Source: Nitrospinales bacterium
Lineage (GTDB): Bacteria > Nitrospinota > Nitrospinia > Nitrospinales > VA-1
Direction of reading: 5' to 3'
Length of the DNA stretch: 64,000 bases
Assembly: GCA_965262115.1 (NCBI GenBank)
Contig: OZ253496.1
Span: 2,592,001 to 2,656,000, forward strand
Every line of letters begins with the position of its first letter. Positions within the stretch are counted from its first letter, which is position 1. A model generated the notes under the pieces. That model did not search any database. It saw nothing but the letters and a program-made list of their open reading frames with translations, and had not been told where the DNA came from. Position numbers and translations under genes: made by a program. This document shows positions 39,595 to 51,383 of this stretch, piece by piece.

Positions 39595-40230
39595 CTAGCG
39601 AATATGTTTGAATGGCAGGATAAGAAAAATACCTGCAATGAACCCCCCGATGTGTGCGAACCAGGCTGTTCCTCCTGCACCTGCTGCCGCGCTGTTCCAA
39701 ATTTGCAGGCCAATCCATATGAGCAGTAAAACAATGGCTGGGACTCTGGCGATGGTCCAGAAAATCCCGAGAAAAATAAAAGTTTTGATGCGAGCGAAAG
39801 GGAACAATATCAGGTAAGCGCCAAGTATTCCTGATATAGCGCCACTGGCACCGACCATGGGGATTTGTGAGTCAATATCGGTGGCAATATGCCCCGCTGC
39901 CGCGATCGTCCCGCACACAAAATAAAACAGGATGAAGCGAAATTTCCCCAGGGCGCCCTCAATATTATTGCCGAAAATCCAGAGGTAAAGCATGTTCCCT
40001 CCGAGATGCCCGATTCCTGCGTGCAGAAACATGGAAGTGTAAAGGGTCGGGTAGGCGGCGACTGGATGGTGGACAAGTTGGTAGGGAATGAGAGCATAGT
40101 TTTCATAAAGCACGCTGGGGTGGACTGGCAGATTGACCCCGTAAATAAACACGGTGATGTTCAGGGCCATAAAAAGGAGCGTTAAAACCGGGAAGTTTCT
40201 AGTGGGGTTTTCATCTTTTAACGGGATCAT
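39595..40230 (-). CDS. Rhomboid family intramembrane serine protease
   Basis: MIPLKDENP, SMFLHAG..HLGGNMLYLWIFG, GASG, AHIGGF; start at ATG 40230 after GGAGG. Confidence 0.92.
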   Translation of the reverse strand: MIPLKDENPTRNFPVLTLLFMALNITVFIYGVNLPVHPSVLYENYALIPYQLVHHPVAAYPTLYTSMFLHAGIGHLGGNMLYLWIFGNNIEGALGKFRFILFYFVCGTIAAAGHIATDIDSQIPMVGASGAISGILGAYLILFPFARIKTFIFLGIFWTIARVPAIVLLLIWIGLQIWNSAAAGAGGTAWFAHIGGFIAGIFLILPFKHIR

Positions 40231-40430
40231 CGGTGGAGGCTTTGGCGGACAATATGATAGTATTGAAATAATGCCCTGCGATAGTAGCAGGTTTGCCATC
40301 GCCGGGCCAGTACCCCTCCGGGGCATGAAGGCTATTGTAGGGGTATAACACGTGTGCTGGGCTCAATTAAAGCATAGCAAGGTCAATATCATGGTTGTCT
40401 ATATAAATCACGACTTTCGGGTGGTTATTC

Positions 40431-42827
40431 ATGAGTGAGTCTGAAGAACTGGTTCCCGGTTTTGACGGGGAAGAAGTTCCTGTTGCGCGGGAACGACCGG
40501 AAGAATCCATTGAATGGGTTGTAGAGATCTACAGGAAGCACCAGTTGAAAAGGGTTTCTCATTGGCTGGACGAGAAACTGGGTAAGGGGAAAAGAAGCAA
40601 AACCCTTATTCCGTTGGTCTTGCTCGATGTCAACCCGATCATGCACCGGCAAAGCCTGCTTGAACAGGTGTTCCCCGCTCCAAGAATCATTAACGAAGAT
40701 TTGCTGGAGGTCAACCGGCTGAAGATCATGCTGGATGCCGGATCGGGGATGGGCAAAACGACTTTTCTGAAACGTTATCTGGAAACGCTTCTTCAGAGAC
40801 CGGCGCATGAGGTCTATTCTCTTCCTGTTTATTTCCATTTTGGACATCTGCTGGAAGGGGGAAGGTTCGACCTGTTCCGTGAAGCGGTGAACCGTGAAAT
40901 TATCGAGGTGGTTCTGCTTGAACAGGAAGACAACCCGGATTTGATTTTGGATGAAGGTCTCCTTGAGAATACGGTTAACTCCATTTTTAACTACAGCAAG
41001 TGCCAGTTCCTGCTAGATGGATTTGACCAGCTCAATCCTCAGGACCGGTTCCAGTTTTTTATGGAATCGTTTCTGGAAGATAACGCCTTTCGCAGTAATT
41101 TTGTTTTGCTTACCAGCCGTGGGTTCAATTTTGGCTCTTTATCCACCGACGCGGTGGTTAAACGTGGGGAAGGTGCTGCGTTTCAAATGGCTTTCCAGAA
41201 AATTGACCCGAAGGAAAGTTCTATCTATCTGAGAGAGGCCTCTAAAAATAAAAAGATCAAAGATCTGGCTCTTTTCACTCCAGAGCTTTTAGAAGTCCCG
41301 CTTTTATTGCGGATGATTCGTGAGCTTTCTGAAAACGAACTCTTGGACGGGTTGAGGAACAGGATGGAAATTTATTCGGCCTGGTTTCGTCTTAAACTGA
41401 AATCGGCCAACCCTTCTGAGGATGAGAGTTGGGTGGAAAACTGCCTCGACCAACTTGCCGGAATTTCTTACAGTTTGATGACCCAGGACCGGCAACAACG
41501 TTTTCTTGATGTGGAGCAGGGTTACGAAAAATCAATCCTTGAAGGAAAGGAAATTCTTTTGCAGGAGGGAAGTGTTGCTCCCTGGTGGAAAGACATCTTA
41601 CAGCAGACGATTAGGTGTTGGGAATATTGCCACCCGTCGTTTCAGGAATATTTTGCAAGCCGGTATATACAGAATAATGATAGCTGGAAGGAAATGGTTC
41701 GGGAGAACTGTGGCAATGAGAAATGGCACGAGGCCTTTAAGATTCTGGCCGGAGGTGTTTCTGGCAAAGAGTTGTTCGATATTTTGATTGCAGAGGGGGC
41801 GGTGATGCTGGCGGGAAACTCGCTGGCGGAGGTGGGCGACCTGCCGAAGGAGCAAGACCTGCTGATAAGGCAGTTGTTGAAATACCAGTGCAAGGAAACC
41901 TTTCCACAATTTTCCCAGTGCCGACAGGTGCGTGTCGAAGAAGTCATTCAGTGCAACGAAACCGGATACATGGATCTCCTGCTAAGCCGTTTATTAAAAC
42001 GCCAGCATCGTGACAGTCGAATTTTATTCAGTGTGTTCGAACTGATTCTGGCAAGACATGACCTGAACTTTCATCGACTTCTGGATACGTTTGATTTGGG
42101 ATCTCTGAAGAATCTTGAGGAGTTTAAGGCGTTTTTTACTGAAGTGACTGACCCGGAGCAGGTGAACAAGACAACACTCAAAAAACTTGGCGAAAGGGTC
42201 ACCATCCCTGAAGGAAAATTTATTTATCAGGAAGAGAATGATGAAGAGGACAAGGTTCTCCTGAAAGAATTTTCGATCATGAAATTTCCGGTCACCAATG
42301 TTTTATATCAGCAGTTCGACCCGCAACACCAAAACCGGTTTCCCCGGTATTCTTTTGATGGCGATCAGCCTGTTATTGGCATCAATTATTATGAAGCGAT
42401 TATTTTTGCTCTCTGGATGGGGTTGAGGCTGCCCACAGAACAGGAGTGGGAAAAGGCGGCCCGGGGAACGGATGGCCGGATTTATCCCTGGGGCGAGGCG
42501 ATGGGCTATGAAAAAGGCTTTGCTAATACCTGTGACTTCATGGCTTGCAAGACCAATCCGGTCATGGAACTGGAGCAGGGCATGTCTCCTTACGGGTGTT
42601 TCGATATGGCAGGCAACGTCTGGGAATGGTGCATGCAGAAAAATGTTTCCAAGCATACCACTCAAAGGATTGTGCGGGGTGGATCGTGGATGAATTATCT
42701 GGTGCACGCCAAATGTGTCTTCAGGAACTCCTTTGATCCTTCTGAGCGGCATTTGGCTGTCGGACTGCGGTGCGTAGAAGCTCCTCAGTTTACCGAGGTT
42801 GAGAGTGATGATCTGGATGACTTCTAA
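40431..42827 (+). CDS. NACHT-like NTPase fused to an FGE-sulfatase (SUMF1) domain
   Basis: Walker [10 protein letters not shown], Walker [20 protein letters not shown]-terminal [28 protein letters not shown]. Confidence 0.85.
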   Translation: MSESEELVPGFDGEEVPVARERPEESIEWVVEIYRKHQLKRVSHWLDEKLGKGKRSKTLIPLVLLDVNPIMHRQSLLEQVFPAPRIINEDLLEVNRLKIMLDAGSGMGKTTFLKRYLETLLQRPAHEVYSLPVYFHFGHLLEGGRFDLFREAVNREIIEVVLLEQEDNPDLILDEGLLENTVNSIFNYSKCQFLLDGFDQLNPQDRFQFFMESFLEDNAFRSNFVLLTSRGFNFGSLSTDAVVKRGEGAAFQMAFQKIDPKESSIYLREASKNKKIKDLALFTPELLEVPLLLRMIRELSENELLDGLRNRMEIYSAWFRLKLKSANPSEDESWVENCLDQLAGISYSLMTQDRQQRFLDVEQGYEKSILEGKEILLQEGSVAPWWKDILQQTIRCWEYCHPSFQEYFASRYIQNNDSWKEMVRENCGNEKWHEAFKILAGGVSGKELFDILIAEGAVMLAGNSLAEVGDLPKEQDLLIRQLLKYQCKETFPQFSQCRQVRVEEVIQCNETGYMDLLLSRLLKRQHRDSRILFSVFELILARHDLNFHRLLDTFDLGSLKNLEEFKAFFTEVTDPEQVNKTTLKKLGERVTIPEGKFIYQEENDEEDKVLLKEFSIMKFPVTNVLYQQFDPQHQNRFPRYSFDGDQPVIGINYYEAIIFALWMGLRLPTEQEWEKAARGTDGRIYPWGEAMGYEKGFANTCDFMACKTNPVMELEQGMSPYGCFDMAGNVWEWCMQKNVSKHTTQRIVRGGSWMNYLVHAKCVFRNSFDPSERHLAVGLRCVEAPQFTEVESDDLDDF

Positions 42828-42829
42828 AG

Positions 42830-43454
42830 CTTTTTTCCTTGCGCGATGCTCTTGGGCAGGAGGCGGTTCCTGAAGCGGGTGTTCGTGAGGGGCTGGATGT
42901 CATTAAGGAAAAAGTCCTGGATGAAAGCACGATTCATGCTGTCGATGAAGTCGGCGCCATGGTGGCGAAAGAGGTGGAAGAAATCGCCTCGGAAGTTGAG
43001 GAATTTGTTTTCAAGAATAAACTAGCAGGAAAGGTGGAAGTTTCCTCGGATGAGCGAGGTGCGATCATAACCCTCTCAGATACGGTAATGTTCCCTCCAT
43101 GCAAGTCTAGGATGACGTATACTGGAGGTGAGATTATTAAGCAAGTATTCGATATTTTAAAGCAATTCAGCTATCAGGTAAAGATTGAAGGACATACCGA
43201 TAGCATGGATATAAGAACGAAACAGTACCCCTCCAACTGGGAGTTGTCCGCTGCTCGCGCTGCGGAAGTGGCCAGGATGCTGGTTAAGGCGGGTTTCGAC
43301 CCGACTAATTTGTCTATATCGAAGCTTTTGCACAATACCGGCCTAAAGTCCCCAATGACAGCCGGGCGGCAGGACGGGCCACCAACCGCAGGATCGAAAT
43401 TGTGTATCAGCGTGGTAGCATCCGCAAGCATATGGTGAATATTCTTCGTCGATA
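42830..43454 (+). pseudogene. motB: MotB remnant lacking the N-terminal TM, with a late frameshift
   Basis: ERGAIITL, KIEGHTD, YPSNWELSAARA; AQYRP..NRRIEI continues in another frame. Confidence 0.78.
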
Positions 43455-43494
43455 AAGCGTTTCCAATGTCTTTCCCCAGAATCGAAGTCGCCCT

Positions 43495-44607
43495 TTGATA
43501 GAGGACAAACACATTCAATATATGAGAAGAGCGCTTGAGCTTGCCCAAATGGCTCGGGGCAGAACCAGTCCGAATCCCATGGTGGGGGCGGTTGTGGTCA
43601 GGCGTGGCAAGGTCGTGGGAGAAGGTTATCATTCCCGTGCAGGTCAACCTCATGCCGAGATAGAGGCCTTAAGGTGGGCAGGTGACAAAGCTCGGTCCGC
43701 CGACCTTTACGTTAATTTGGAACCGTGTTGTCATTTTGGCCGGACACCTCCCTGCACTGATGCGATTATTCAGGCGGAAATTAAAAGGGTCTTTGTCGGT
43801 ATGAAAGATCCTAATAACCAGGTCAGCGGGAAAGGTTTGCGTTCGCTCAAAGCAAAAGGCATCGTCATTGTCTCGGGTGTATTGAAGGAAGAATGTTTGA
43901 AGCTGAATGAATCGTTTATAAAGGTTATGAAAACGGGAATGCCATTCGTGATTTTGAAAACAGCCATGTCTTTGGATGGAAAAATTGCCACCCGTTCCGG
44001 AGACTCGCGTTGGATTACCGGGAAGTTGGCGCGCAATCATGTTCACAAGATCAGAAACCAGGTGGATGCCATCCTGGTGGGAACAGAAACCGTTTTAAAA
44101 GACAACCCACGTTTGACTTGCAGGCTTGAAACAGGCGCGGTTAAACATCCTGTTCGTATTATCCTGGATCGAAGAAATAGAATCCCGCTCACTGCCAAGG
44201 TTTTTAAAAATAGCCGTTCCCAAAAGGTTATTTATGTGACCGGCGATGGTATTTCTTCTCGCCGCCTGAAATCTCTGATTGACAGGAAGGTCGAAATTCT
44301 GAACGGAAAATCCTCAAAGAACGGATTCCACATCAAACCTCTCCTGAAAGAATTGGTAAACAGGGGTATGAACTCTATACTGGTTGAAGGTGGTGCCGAG
44401 CTGAATGCCAGCGTTGTTAAAGTCGGCATGGTAGACAGGGTTGTTGCATTCATCAGTCCGCTATTAATAGGTGGGACGCAGGCCCCCGGTTTTCTGGGCG
44501 GACAGGGAGTGATGAAGGTGAATGGCGCGATGAATTTAAAAGATATTGTGGTGACGAAAATCGGTGAGGATTTAATGGTGGAGGCAACCCCATGTTCAGC
44601 GGAATAG
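43495..44607 (+). CDS. ribD: Bifunctional riboflavin deaminase/reductase
   Basis: PNPMVGAV, HAE, LEPCCHFGRTPPC, SLDGKIA, VEGG. Confidence 0.96.
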   Translation: MIEDKHIQYMRRALELAQMARGRTSPNPMVGAVVVRRGKVVGEGYHSRAGQPHAEIEALRWAGDKARSADLYVNLEPCCHFGRTPPCTDAIIQAEIKRVFVGMKDPNNQVSGKGLRSLKAKGIVIVSGVLKEECLKLNESFIKVMKTGMPFVILKTAMSLDGKIATRSGDSRWITGKLARNHVHKIRNQVDAILVGTETVLKDNPRLTCRLETGAVKHPVRIILDRRNRIPLTAKVFKNSRSQKVIYVTGDGISSRRLKSLIDRKVEILNGKSSKNGFHIKPLLKELVNRGMNSILVEGGAELNASVVKVGMVDRVVAFISPLLIGGTQAPGFLGGQGVMKVNGAMNLKDIVVTKIGEDLMVEATPCSAE

Positions 44608-45242
44608 TGCAATCGGTAGGAACGATTGGTGAGTTTGTCCAGCAAAACGAAGGAGCCGTACTGGTTGTGAATACTGAAAAGGACTTTTCTGGATTTGAGG
44701 ATGGTGAGAGCATTGCTGTGAACGGAGTTTGCCTCACTGTTGTGGACTCCACGCCGATGACTTTCAAACTGGACTTGAGTACCGAAACCCTCAATCGGAC
44801 CAATTTTAAAGATATAAAAAAAGGAGACCGGGTTAACCTGGAACAATCTCTTACCCCTTCGACGAAAATCAGCGGACATTTTGTCAGCGGACATATTGAC
44901 CGTGTTGGTGAAATCGTGGACATTGAGGAAAAGCCGGGCGAGGTCTTATTTCGGTTTTCCCATCCTGAAGAACTCGGTTCTTTCATCATGGAAAAAGGGT
45001 CTATCGCCCTGGATGGCATCAGCCTAACTGTTTTCGATTGCAAGGACAATCGGTTCACGGTTTCCATCATTCCTTTTACTTTGGATCATACGAACTTGAG
45101 TGCCAGAAAAATTGGCGATTTAATAAATATTGAATGTGATATGCTAGGTAAATACGTGTTTAAAGCTTGTGAAACCTTGTTGAAACCGGGCGAAAAAAAA
45201 CCTTCTCTGGATTTTCTCCGGCAACAGGGCTTCTCGCAATAG
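44592..45242 (+). CDS. ribE: Riboflavin synthase (alpha chain)
   Basis: [35 protein letters not shown]. Confidence 0.95.
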   Translation: MFSGIVQSVGTIGEFVQQNEGAVLVVNTEKDFSGFEDGESIAVNGVCLTVVDSTPMTFKLDLSTETLNRTNFKDIKKGDRVNLEQSLTPSTKISGHFVSGHIDRVGEIVDIEEKPGEVLFRFSHPEELGSFIMEKGSIALDGISLTVFDCKDNRFTVSIIPFTLDHTNLSARKIGDLINIECDMLGKYVFKACETLLKPGEKKPSLDFLRQQGFSQ

Positions 45243-45250
45243 AGGAAGTC

Positions 45251-46462
45251 ATGCAAAAAGAATTCAGCACCATAGAAGAAGCCGTTGAAGATGCCCGACA
45301 GGGGAAAATGATTGTCATCGTGGATGACGAGGATCGGGAGAATGAAGGAGACCTGATGGTCGCTGCGGAGAAAGTCACCCCGGAACTCATAAACTTCATG
45401 GCTAAATTCGGTCGTGGTCTAATTTGTCTCACCCTGACGGAGAGCCGGACCCTTGAATTGGGATTGAGCATGATGGTTGATGATAACCAGTCTGCCTTTG
45501 AAACTCCATTTACGGTTTCCATTGATGCCAGGCATGGTGTGGCGACCGGGATTTCAGCAGCTGACAGGTCTCATACGATCAAAGTCGCGATTGATCCGGA
45601 TTCTTCCAGAAATGACTTGGTTAGACCGGGACATATTTTTCCCTTGCGGGCCAAAAACGGAGGCGTGCTGGTCCGTATGGGACAAACCGAAGCGTCGGTG
45701 GATATCGCGCGTATTGCTGGTTTACAACCTTATGGTGTGATTTGTGAAATCATGAATGATGACGGCACCATGGCCCGGGTTTCTCACCTGAAGAAATTTA
45801 TAAAAAAGCATGGGTTGAAAATGATCACCACCAAAGACCTTGCTGAATACAGGCTCAAGCAGGAAGCGTTGGTGGAAGAGGTCACCTCCACCATTTTGCC
45901 GACTCATTCGGGTGAGTTTCGCGCTGTAGTGTTTAAAAATATTTTGAATGACCAGACACATATTGCTTTGGTCAAGGGAGAGATTCAAGCTGATGAACCG
46001 ACATTGGTGCGGGTGCATTCACAATGTTTGACCGGTGATGTTTTTGGTTCCTACCGGTGCGATTGCGGTGAGCAATTGAAAAAATCCATGGAAATGATTG
46101 AGCAGGAAGGCAAAGGTGTCCTGCTTTATTTGTATCAGGAAGGACGGGGGATAGGAATCGTCAACAAGATGAAGGCCTATGCTTTGCAAGATGCGGGAAA
46201 AGACACCGTACAGGCCAATGAAGAACTTGGATTCAAGCCTGATTTGCGGGACTATGGCATTGGTGCTCAGATCCTGCGCAAGTTGGGGCTGGGAAAGATT
46301 CGCATCATGACGAACAATCCCAGAAAGATCGTTGGGCTTGAAGGTTATGGCCTGCATATGGTGGAAAGGGTACCCATTGAAGTCCAGGCTAAAAAAGACA
46401 ATATCAAATACCTTCAGACCAAGCGGAAAAAATTGGGCCATATGTTTCAAAATATTAAATGA
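45251..46462 (+). CDS. ribBA: DHBP synthase / GTP cyclohydrolase II
   Basis: [42 protein letters not shown]. Confidence 0.96.
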   Translation: MQKEFSTIEEAVEDARQGKMIVIVDDEDRENEGDLMVAAEKVTPELINFMAKFGRGLICLTLTESRTLELGLSMMVDDNQSAFETPFTVSIDARHGVATGISAADRSHTIKVAIDPDSSRNDLVRPGHIFPLRAKNGGVLVRMGQTEASVDIARIAGLQPYGVICEIMNDDGTMARVSHLKKFIKKHGLKMITTKDLAEYRLKQEALVEEVTSTILPTHSGEFRAVVFKNILNDQTHIALVKGEIQADEPTLVRVHSQCLTGDVFGSYRCDCGEQLKKSMEMIEQEGKGVLLYLYQEGRGIGIVNKMKAYALQDAGKDTVQANEELGFKPDLRDYGIGAQILRKLGLGKIRIMTNNPRKIVGLEGYGLHMVERVPIEVQAKKDNIKYLQTKRKKLGHMFQNIK

Positions 46463-46471
46463 ACCATTTGC

Positions 46472-46936
46472 ATGGCTAAATATATAGAGGGGGACCACAA
46501 CGCCGCAGGGCTCCGTTTTGGAATCGTAGTGAGCCGTTTTAATGACTTGGTGACCAGCAAGCTTCTCAGCGGCGCGCTTTCAGCATTCAAAGAGCAGGGT
46601 GCCGATGAGGAAAACCTGGAAGTGATTCAGGTTCCCGGAGCATTCGAAATTCCTCAGGCGGCTAAAAAACTTTGTTCCACCCGAAATTTCGATGCCATCG
46701 TCTGCCTGGGGGCAGTGATTAAGGGAGGCACCCCACACTTCGAATATATTTCGGCTGAAACCAGCCGGGGGATTAATCAGGTAGGACTCGAGTTTAATAT
46801 TCCTGTTTTGTTTGGTGTGTTAACCACGAATGACCTTGAGCAGGCGGTCGCAAGGTCGGGCTCCGACTCTTCCAATAAGGGAAGAGAGACGGCACTGGCG
46901 GCTGTCGAAATGGCAAATTTATACAGGAAAATTTGA
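46472..46936 (+). CDS. ribH: Lumazine synthase
   Basis: VSRFN, VPGAFEIP, LGAVIKGGTPHF, FGVLT, NKG. Confidence 0.96.
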   Translation: MAKYIEGDHNAAGLRFGIVVSRFNDLVTSKLLSGALSAFKEQGADEENLEVIQVPGAFEIPQAAKKLCSTRNFDAIVCLGAVIKGGTPHFEYISAETSRGINQVGLEFNIPVLFGVLTTNDLEQAVARSGSDSSNKGRETALAAVEMANLYRKI

Positions 46937-46944
46937 GGTAACTT

Positions 46945-47364
46945 ATGGGAAAGCGGCGTGCTGCCAGGGAACTGGCTTTAAAGTTCCTGTATCATAGCGA
47001 GTTCAACCAGGATGACCTTGAAACTCAGATGGAACAGTTTTGTGAAAGAGCCAATGCCCAGGCTGAAATCATCGAATTCACAAAAATGCTGGTCGAGAAG
47101 GTTTTTACTCATGCTGAAGAGATCAATATTATGCTTAAAAAATTCAGTGACCACTGGGCGCTGGAACGCATGTCTATGGTCGACCGCAACATTTTGCGCC
47201 TGGGTATTTGCGAGTTGATGTTTGAGGCTTCCACACCACCCAAAGTAGTCATTAACGAGGCTGTTGAGATCGCCAAAAAATTCGGCACCGAAGACTCCCC
47301 TGATTTTATCAACGGTATCCTCGACAAGGTTTTTAAAGAAACGGACACCTCAACCGTGAAGTAA
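46945..47364 (+). CDS. nusB: Transcription antitermination factor NusB
   Basis: RRAARELAL, DRNILRL, VVINEAVEIAKKFG, FINGILD. Confidence 0.96.
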   Translation: MGKRRAARELALKFLYHSEFNQDDLETQMEQFCERANAQAEIIEFTKMLVEKVFTHAEEINIMLKKFSDHWALERMSMVDRNILRLGICELMFEASTPPKVVINEAVEIAKKFGTEDSPDFINGILDKVFKETDTSTVK

Positions 47365-47372
47365 ACCGGCCC

Positions 47373-48101
47373 ATGCGTTATATCATCTTCTCCGATTTGC
47401 ATAGCAACCTTGAAGCCCTGAATCAATTCGAAAAAGAGATCGAAACGATTGCTCACGACAAGCTGGTTTGCCTGGGGGATATTGTCGGGTATGGAGCTGA
47501 TCCCAACCCTTGTGTTGAATGAGTGATGGAAAATGCGGATTTGACCATAGCGGGAAACCACGATTGGGGTGCTGTCGAAAAGACCGACATCACTTATTTT
47601 AATTCCTACGCCTTTGAATCGTGCCTGTGGACCCGAGAAAAACTGACGGGAAAAAACAAAGACTTTCTCCGGTCGCTTCCCCTGGACCATGAAGGAAAAG
47701 GAGTGTATTGGGTACATGCTTCTCCCTATGAGCCGGAAGCCTGGCATTATGTGACTTCAAAGGCCGGGGGTAAACGCTATTTCAAAAGCTTTGAAGCTCC
47801 CCTCTGTTTTGTGGGTCATTCTCACAAACCGATTATTCTCGAACAAACAGCGGATGGGGAGGTCAACGACTATGTCTCGGATATCTGGGATATTGAACCG
47901 GAAAATCGTTATATTTTTAATGATGGAAGTTTTGGGCAACCCCGGGATGGAAATCCGGACCCTGCTTTCATGATTTATGACTCCGAAGAAAAAACAGTGG
48001 AAGTCCGCCGTTTTGAATATGACTTGAATTTGGCTCAGGACAAAATCCGCGATAACGGTCTGCCTCCGTACCTGGCTGAGCGGCTGGCTGAAGGACGATG
48101 A
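47373..48101 (+). pseudogene. Metallophosphoesterase interrupted by an in-frame TGA
   Basis: MRYIIFSDLHSN..LGDIVGYG..CVE*, then in frame GNHD, VHASP, GHSH, GQPRDG; TGA at 47520-47522. Confidence 0.82.
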
Positions 48102-48128
48102 CGCCCCTTCATTTGTAGACGAGTGCTA

Positions 48129-48157
48129 TTGACCCGGATAGGGGAAAATGCTATGCT
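48129..48157 (+). promoter_or_regulatory. sigma70 promoter of amidase-der
   Basis: TTGACC-17 nt-TATGCT with an extended TG. Confidence 0.55.
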
Positions 48158-48218
48158 TAGCCAATAACATCAATAAAATTAACTAGTTAATGTGATTGGG
48201 ATTTTTTGAGGCCTTGCT

Positions 48219-49832
48219 ATGTCAGCGCATCTACCCCATCAAAAATTTAAAAACGCGGCGTTTGTGGTCGGTTTTGTAATTCTGTGTGCCTCTTCTGCCT
48301 GGGCGGCGAAATCCTATTCCTCCGAGGACCTTTATTTTCTGGCGCAGAAATCGTATTACCATCTCAAGGGATCTCCCGATAAACAGCAATTCCGCCACCA
48401 TTGGGAAAATGTCATCCAAAAATTTTCTAAAGTGGTGCAACGTTATCCCCAAAGCCCAGAGGCTTATAAAGCCACCTTCACCATGGCCGGGTTGTATCAG
48501 GGATTGAACGGGATTTCCAAAAATTCAAAGGATCTGGATCAAGCGCTTCATTTTTATAGAAAAGTTTCCCGCGATTTTTCACCCGGTACGCTGACCGATG
48601 ATGCGTTGTTCGAGTCGGCTGAAATCTACCGTGATAGAAAAGACTTCTCATCGGCCACGGGTATTTTTAAAACGATATTTGAAAAGTTCCCCAAAGGTGA
48701 TCAGGCCCGAAAGGTCCGCCTGCAATATCAGAAGCTGGCGTCTTTTGCTCAAGTTCCTGCAATAAAAAAGCGACCCCAGCCTGCCAGCAAAAAACCTGTG
48801 CTGTTGTCGCAAGAGAAAAAGCCTTTAGTCGAGAAGAAAACCGTTTCATCGCTGCCCACCAGAAAACCACCGAAGGTTGTGGCGAAGGCGAAGAAAACAG
48901 AGCCGGTAGCCCAGGTTTTATCTACCCCACCGGCCAGACCCGAGAAGAAAAAAATAGTTTCCCGACCTCCATTGGCCCGACAGGAAAAAAAAGCCCCCAA
49001 GAATGGTTCTGGAAAAAAAGTGGTTGTGGCCAGCAAAGCAAAATCGTCAGCGCCGGTTAAAAAAGCACTTTTCAAAAAGGACAAGAAGAGAAAAAAGGGC
49101 CAGAAAGGCCACCTTTATGCCCCTTCTGGCAGAGCCAGGGACACCGCACGCCTGATCGTTGTCGATGCGGGCCATGGTGGCAAAGACCACGGCGCGAAAA
49201 GTCATCATGGCAGGCTCCACGAAAAAAATGTCAACCTGACCATTGCCCGACATGTGAAAACCATACTGGTCAACCGGTTCAAGTACCGGGTGGTGATGAC
49301 CCGAAAGGACGATACGTTCATTCCGCTCAAAGAAAGAAGTGAGATCGCCAACAACAGAAATGCAGACCTGTTTGTGTCCATTCATGCCAATGCGGCCAAA
49401 AGAAAATCAGCGCATGGTATCGAAACGTATTTTTTGGGTACGACCAATAATGATCGGGCTTTGGAAACCGCCGCCAGGGAGAATGGGGAATTGGTTCAAT
49501 CTGTCAAGGATGACCAGGTTCAGGAAATTCTGGCGAGTCTCATCACCACCACCAAGATTAATGACTCTTCCCGTTTGGCAGGAGCGGTGCAGGAAAACCT
49601 TTTTCGATCCTCCAGGAAAAGGTTTCGCGAGTTGAAGAACCTTGGAGTCAAGGAAGGCCCTTTTTATGTACTTCATGGCGCTGATATGCCCAGCATTCTG
49701 GTTGAGGTCGGTTTTTTGACCAACCGGAAGGAATCCCGCATGCTTTCCAAGCCCACTTACCTCTATAGACTGGCTTCCTCCATAGCGGAAGGTATCCACA
49801 AATACCTGCAGGACAAGAGACCATCTATTTAA
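48219..49832 (+). CDS. N-acetylmuramoyl-L-alanine amidase (Amidase_3) with N-terminal TPR and Lys/Pro linker
   Basis: DAGHGGKD, EKNVNL, FVSIHANA, PSILVEVGF. Confidence 0.9.
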   Translation: MSAHLPHQKFKNAAFVVGFVILCASSAWAAKSYSSEDLYFLAQKSYYHLKGSPDKQQFRHHWENVIQKFSKVVQRYPQSPEAYKATFTMAGLYQGLNGISKNSKDLDQALHFYRKVSRDFSPGTLTDDALFESAEIYRDRKDFSSATGIFKTIFEKFPKGDQARKVRLQYQKLASFAQVPAIKKRPQPASKKPVLLSQEKKPLVEKKTVSSLPTRKPPKVVAKAKKTEPVAQVLSTPPARPEKKKIVSRPPLARQEKKAPKNGSGKKVVVASKAKSSAPVKKALFKKDKKRKKGQKGHLYAPSGRARDTARLIVVDAGHGGKDHGAKSHHGRLHEKNVNLTIARHVKTILVNRFKYRVVMTRKDDTFIPLKERSEIANNRNADLFVSIHANAAKRKSAHGIETYFLGTTNNDRALETAARENGELVQSVKDDQVQEILASLITTTKINDSSRLAGAVQENLFRSSRKRFRELKNLGVKEGPFYVLHGADMPSILVEVGFLTNRKESRMLSKPTYLYRLASSIAEGIHKYLQDKRPSI

Positions 49833-49841
49833 GGAGGAGGC

Positions 49842-51167
49842 ATGACAGCCCCCATTATTGCTATCGTTGGCAGGGCCAACGTTGGCAAGTCAACTTTATT
49901 CAACAAGCTCACACAAAGTCGTTCGGCGATTGTCAATGACACGCCGGGGGTGACTCGGGACAGGATGTACGGTGCCACGGAATTTGGCGACCGCCCTGTC
50001 TTGATCGTCGATACGGGTGGAGTTGATGTGGACACCACCAGTCAGATAGATCTGCAGGTGGTGGAACAGGCCTTGTGGGCTCGTGAAGAAGCGGATTGTG
50101 TGATCGTCGTAGTGGATAACCAGACAGGGCTGACCGGGCCGGATAGGGAAATGATTTCCCAGGTTCGTAAATCAGGAAAGCCCCTTTTTCTTGCCGTGAA
50201 CAAGGTGGATTCACCCTCGCACCATTTTATTCTTCCTGAATTTTCTCAATTAGGATTGGCCAATACCTTTCCAATTTCAGCGGAACATGGGCCAGGTCTT
50301 TATGAGTTGATTGAAGCGGTCTCCGAATCTCTTCCTGATATGGAACCGGAGTCCGGTTTCGATGAAGACAGCATTCGCATAGCGGTGATCGGAAGACCCA
50401 ATGTGGGGAAGTCCTCTCTCATTAACAATTTGTTGAACTCTGAACGTTGTATTGTCTCCGATATACCGGGAACGACTCGGGATGCGATCGACACCTCTCT
50501 GGAGTGGAACGGGCGCCGCTTTGTTTTGATCGACACGGCGGGAATTCGACGCAAAGGAAAAACTCATCGGGTTCTGGATAAATTCAGTGTGATTATGGCT
50601 CTTAAAGCTTTGGACCGATGTGATGTTGCGGTGCTGGTGCTGGATGGCATACAGCCGGTCACCGACCAGGACGCTACAGTGGCGGGTTATGCTTTAGATC
50701 GTGGTAAGGCGTGTGTGGTTTTGGGGAATAAGTGGGACTTGTCACGGGAAAAAGAAATTTTATTTGAGGAGTTTGTCGACCGGGTGCATCACAAACTTAA
50801 GTTTATGAAATTTGCTCCCGTGCTTACGGTTTCGGCAAAATCGGGATTGCGAGTTGATAATATCCTGCCTCAGGCAGTGAAAGTTTACGCAGAGTATTCC
50901 CGCAGCATACCCACCGCATCTCTTAATGAATGTTTTGAGCGTGCCATTCAGAAAAACCCCATGTCGAATTACCGGGGTAAATTTATGAAGCTGTTTTATG
51001 CCACTCAAGTGAAGAAGCGACCGCCGACGTTTAAATGTTTTTTGAATTTCCCGCAAGGAATACATTTTTCCTACCGTCGTTATTTGATCAACAGCCTGCG
51101 AAAAACATTCGGGTTTATCGGAACTCCCGTCCGGCTCATTTTATCTGGAAAAGGAAAAGATTTCTGA
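49842..51167 (+). CDS. der: Ribosome biogenesis GTPase Der
   Basis: Two G domains (GRANVGKS, DTGG, NKVD; GRPNVGKSS, DTAGIRR, NKWD) plus KH-like tail. Confidence 0.96.
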   Translation: MTAPIIAIVGRANVGKSTLFNKLTQSRSAIVNDTPGVTRDRMYGATEFGDRPVLIVDTGGVDVDTTSQIDLQVVEQALWAREEADCVIVVVDNQTGLTGPDREMISQVRKSGKPLFLAVNKVDSPSHHFILPEFSQLGLANTFPISAEHGPGLYELIEAVSESLPDMEPESGFDEDSIRIAVIGRPNVGKSSLINNLLNSERCIVSDIPGTTRDAIDTSLEWNGRRFVLIDTAGIRRKGKTHRVLDKFSVIMALKALDRCDVAVLVLDGIQPVTDQDATVAGYALDRGKACVVLGNKWDLSREKEILFEEFVDRVHHKLKFMKFAPVLTVSAKSGLRVDNILPQAVKVYAEYSRSIPTASLNECFERAIQKNPMSNYRGKFMKLFYATQVKKRPPTFKCFLNFPQGIHFSYRRYLINSLRKTFGFIGTPVRLILSGKGKDF

Positions 51168-51215
51168 ATAGTCCACCGTTATTCAGGCGTTGCCAGCGTT
51201 CCCTTTATCCTTCGT

Positions 51216-51383
51216 GTTGTGAGTTGCTCTCAGGTTTAGGTCTGCTACACTCGAAAAACGGTCGAACCATATGGTTTGTGCGTTGTGAGTTGCTCTCAGG
51301 TTTAGGTCTGCTACACTACAGACAGCGGCACATACGTTGACCACCGAGTTGTGAGTTGCTCTCAGGTTTAGGTCTGCTACACT
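51216..51383 (+). CRISPR. Type II-C CRISPR array, three identical 36-bp repeats and two 30-bp spacers
   Basis: GTTGTGAGTTGCTCTCAGGTTTAGGTCTGCTACACT at 51216, 51282 and 51348; adjacent to cas2. Confidence 0.95.

Noticed and set aside
47520..47522. TGA as selenocysteine or recoded Trp, and TAG at 34765 as pyrrolysine
   Set aside because: TGA and TAG end many intact genes here, the positions are not catalytic Cys sites, and no SECIS-like or pyl context is evident. A nonsense mutation or sequencing error is simpler.
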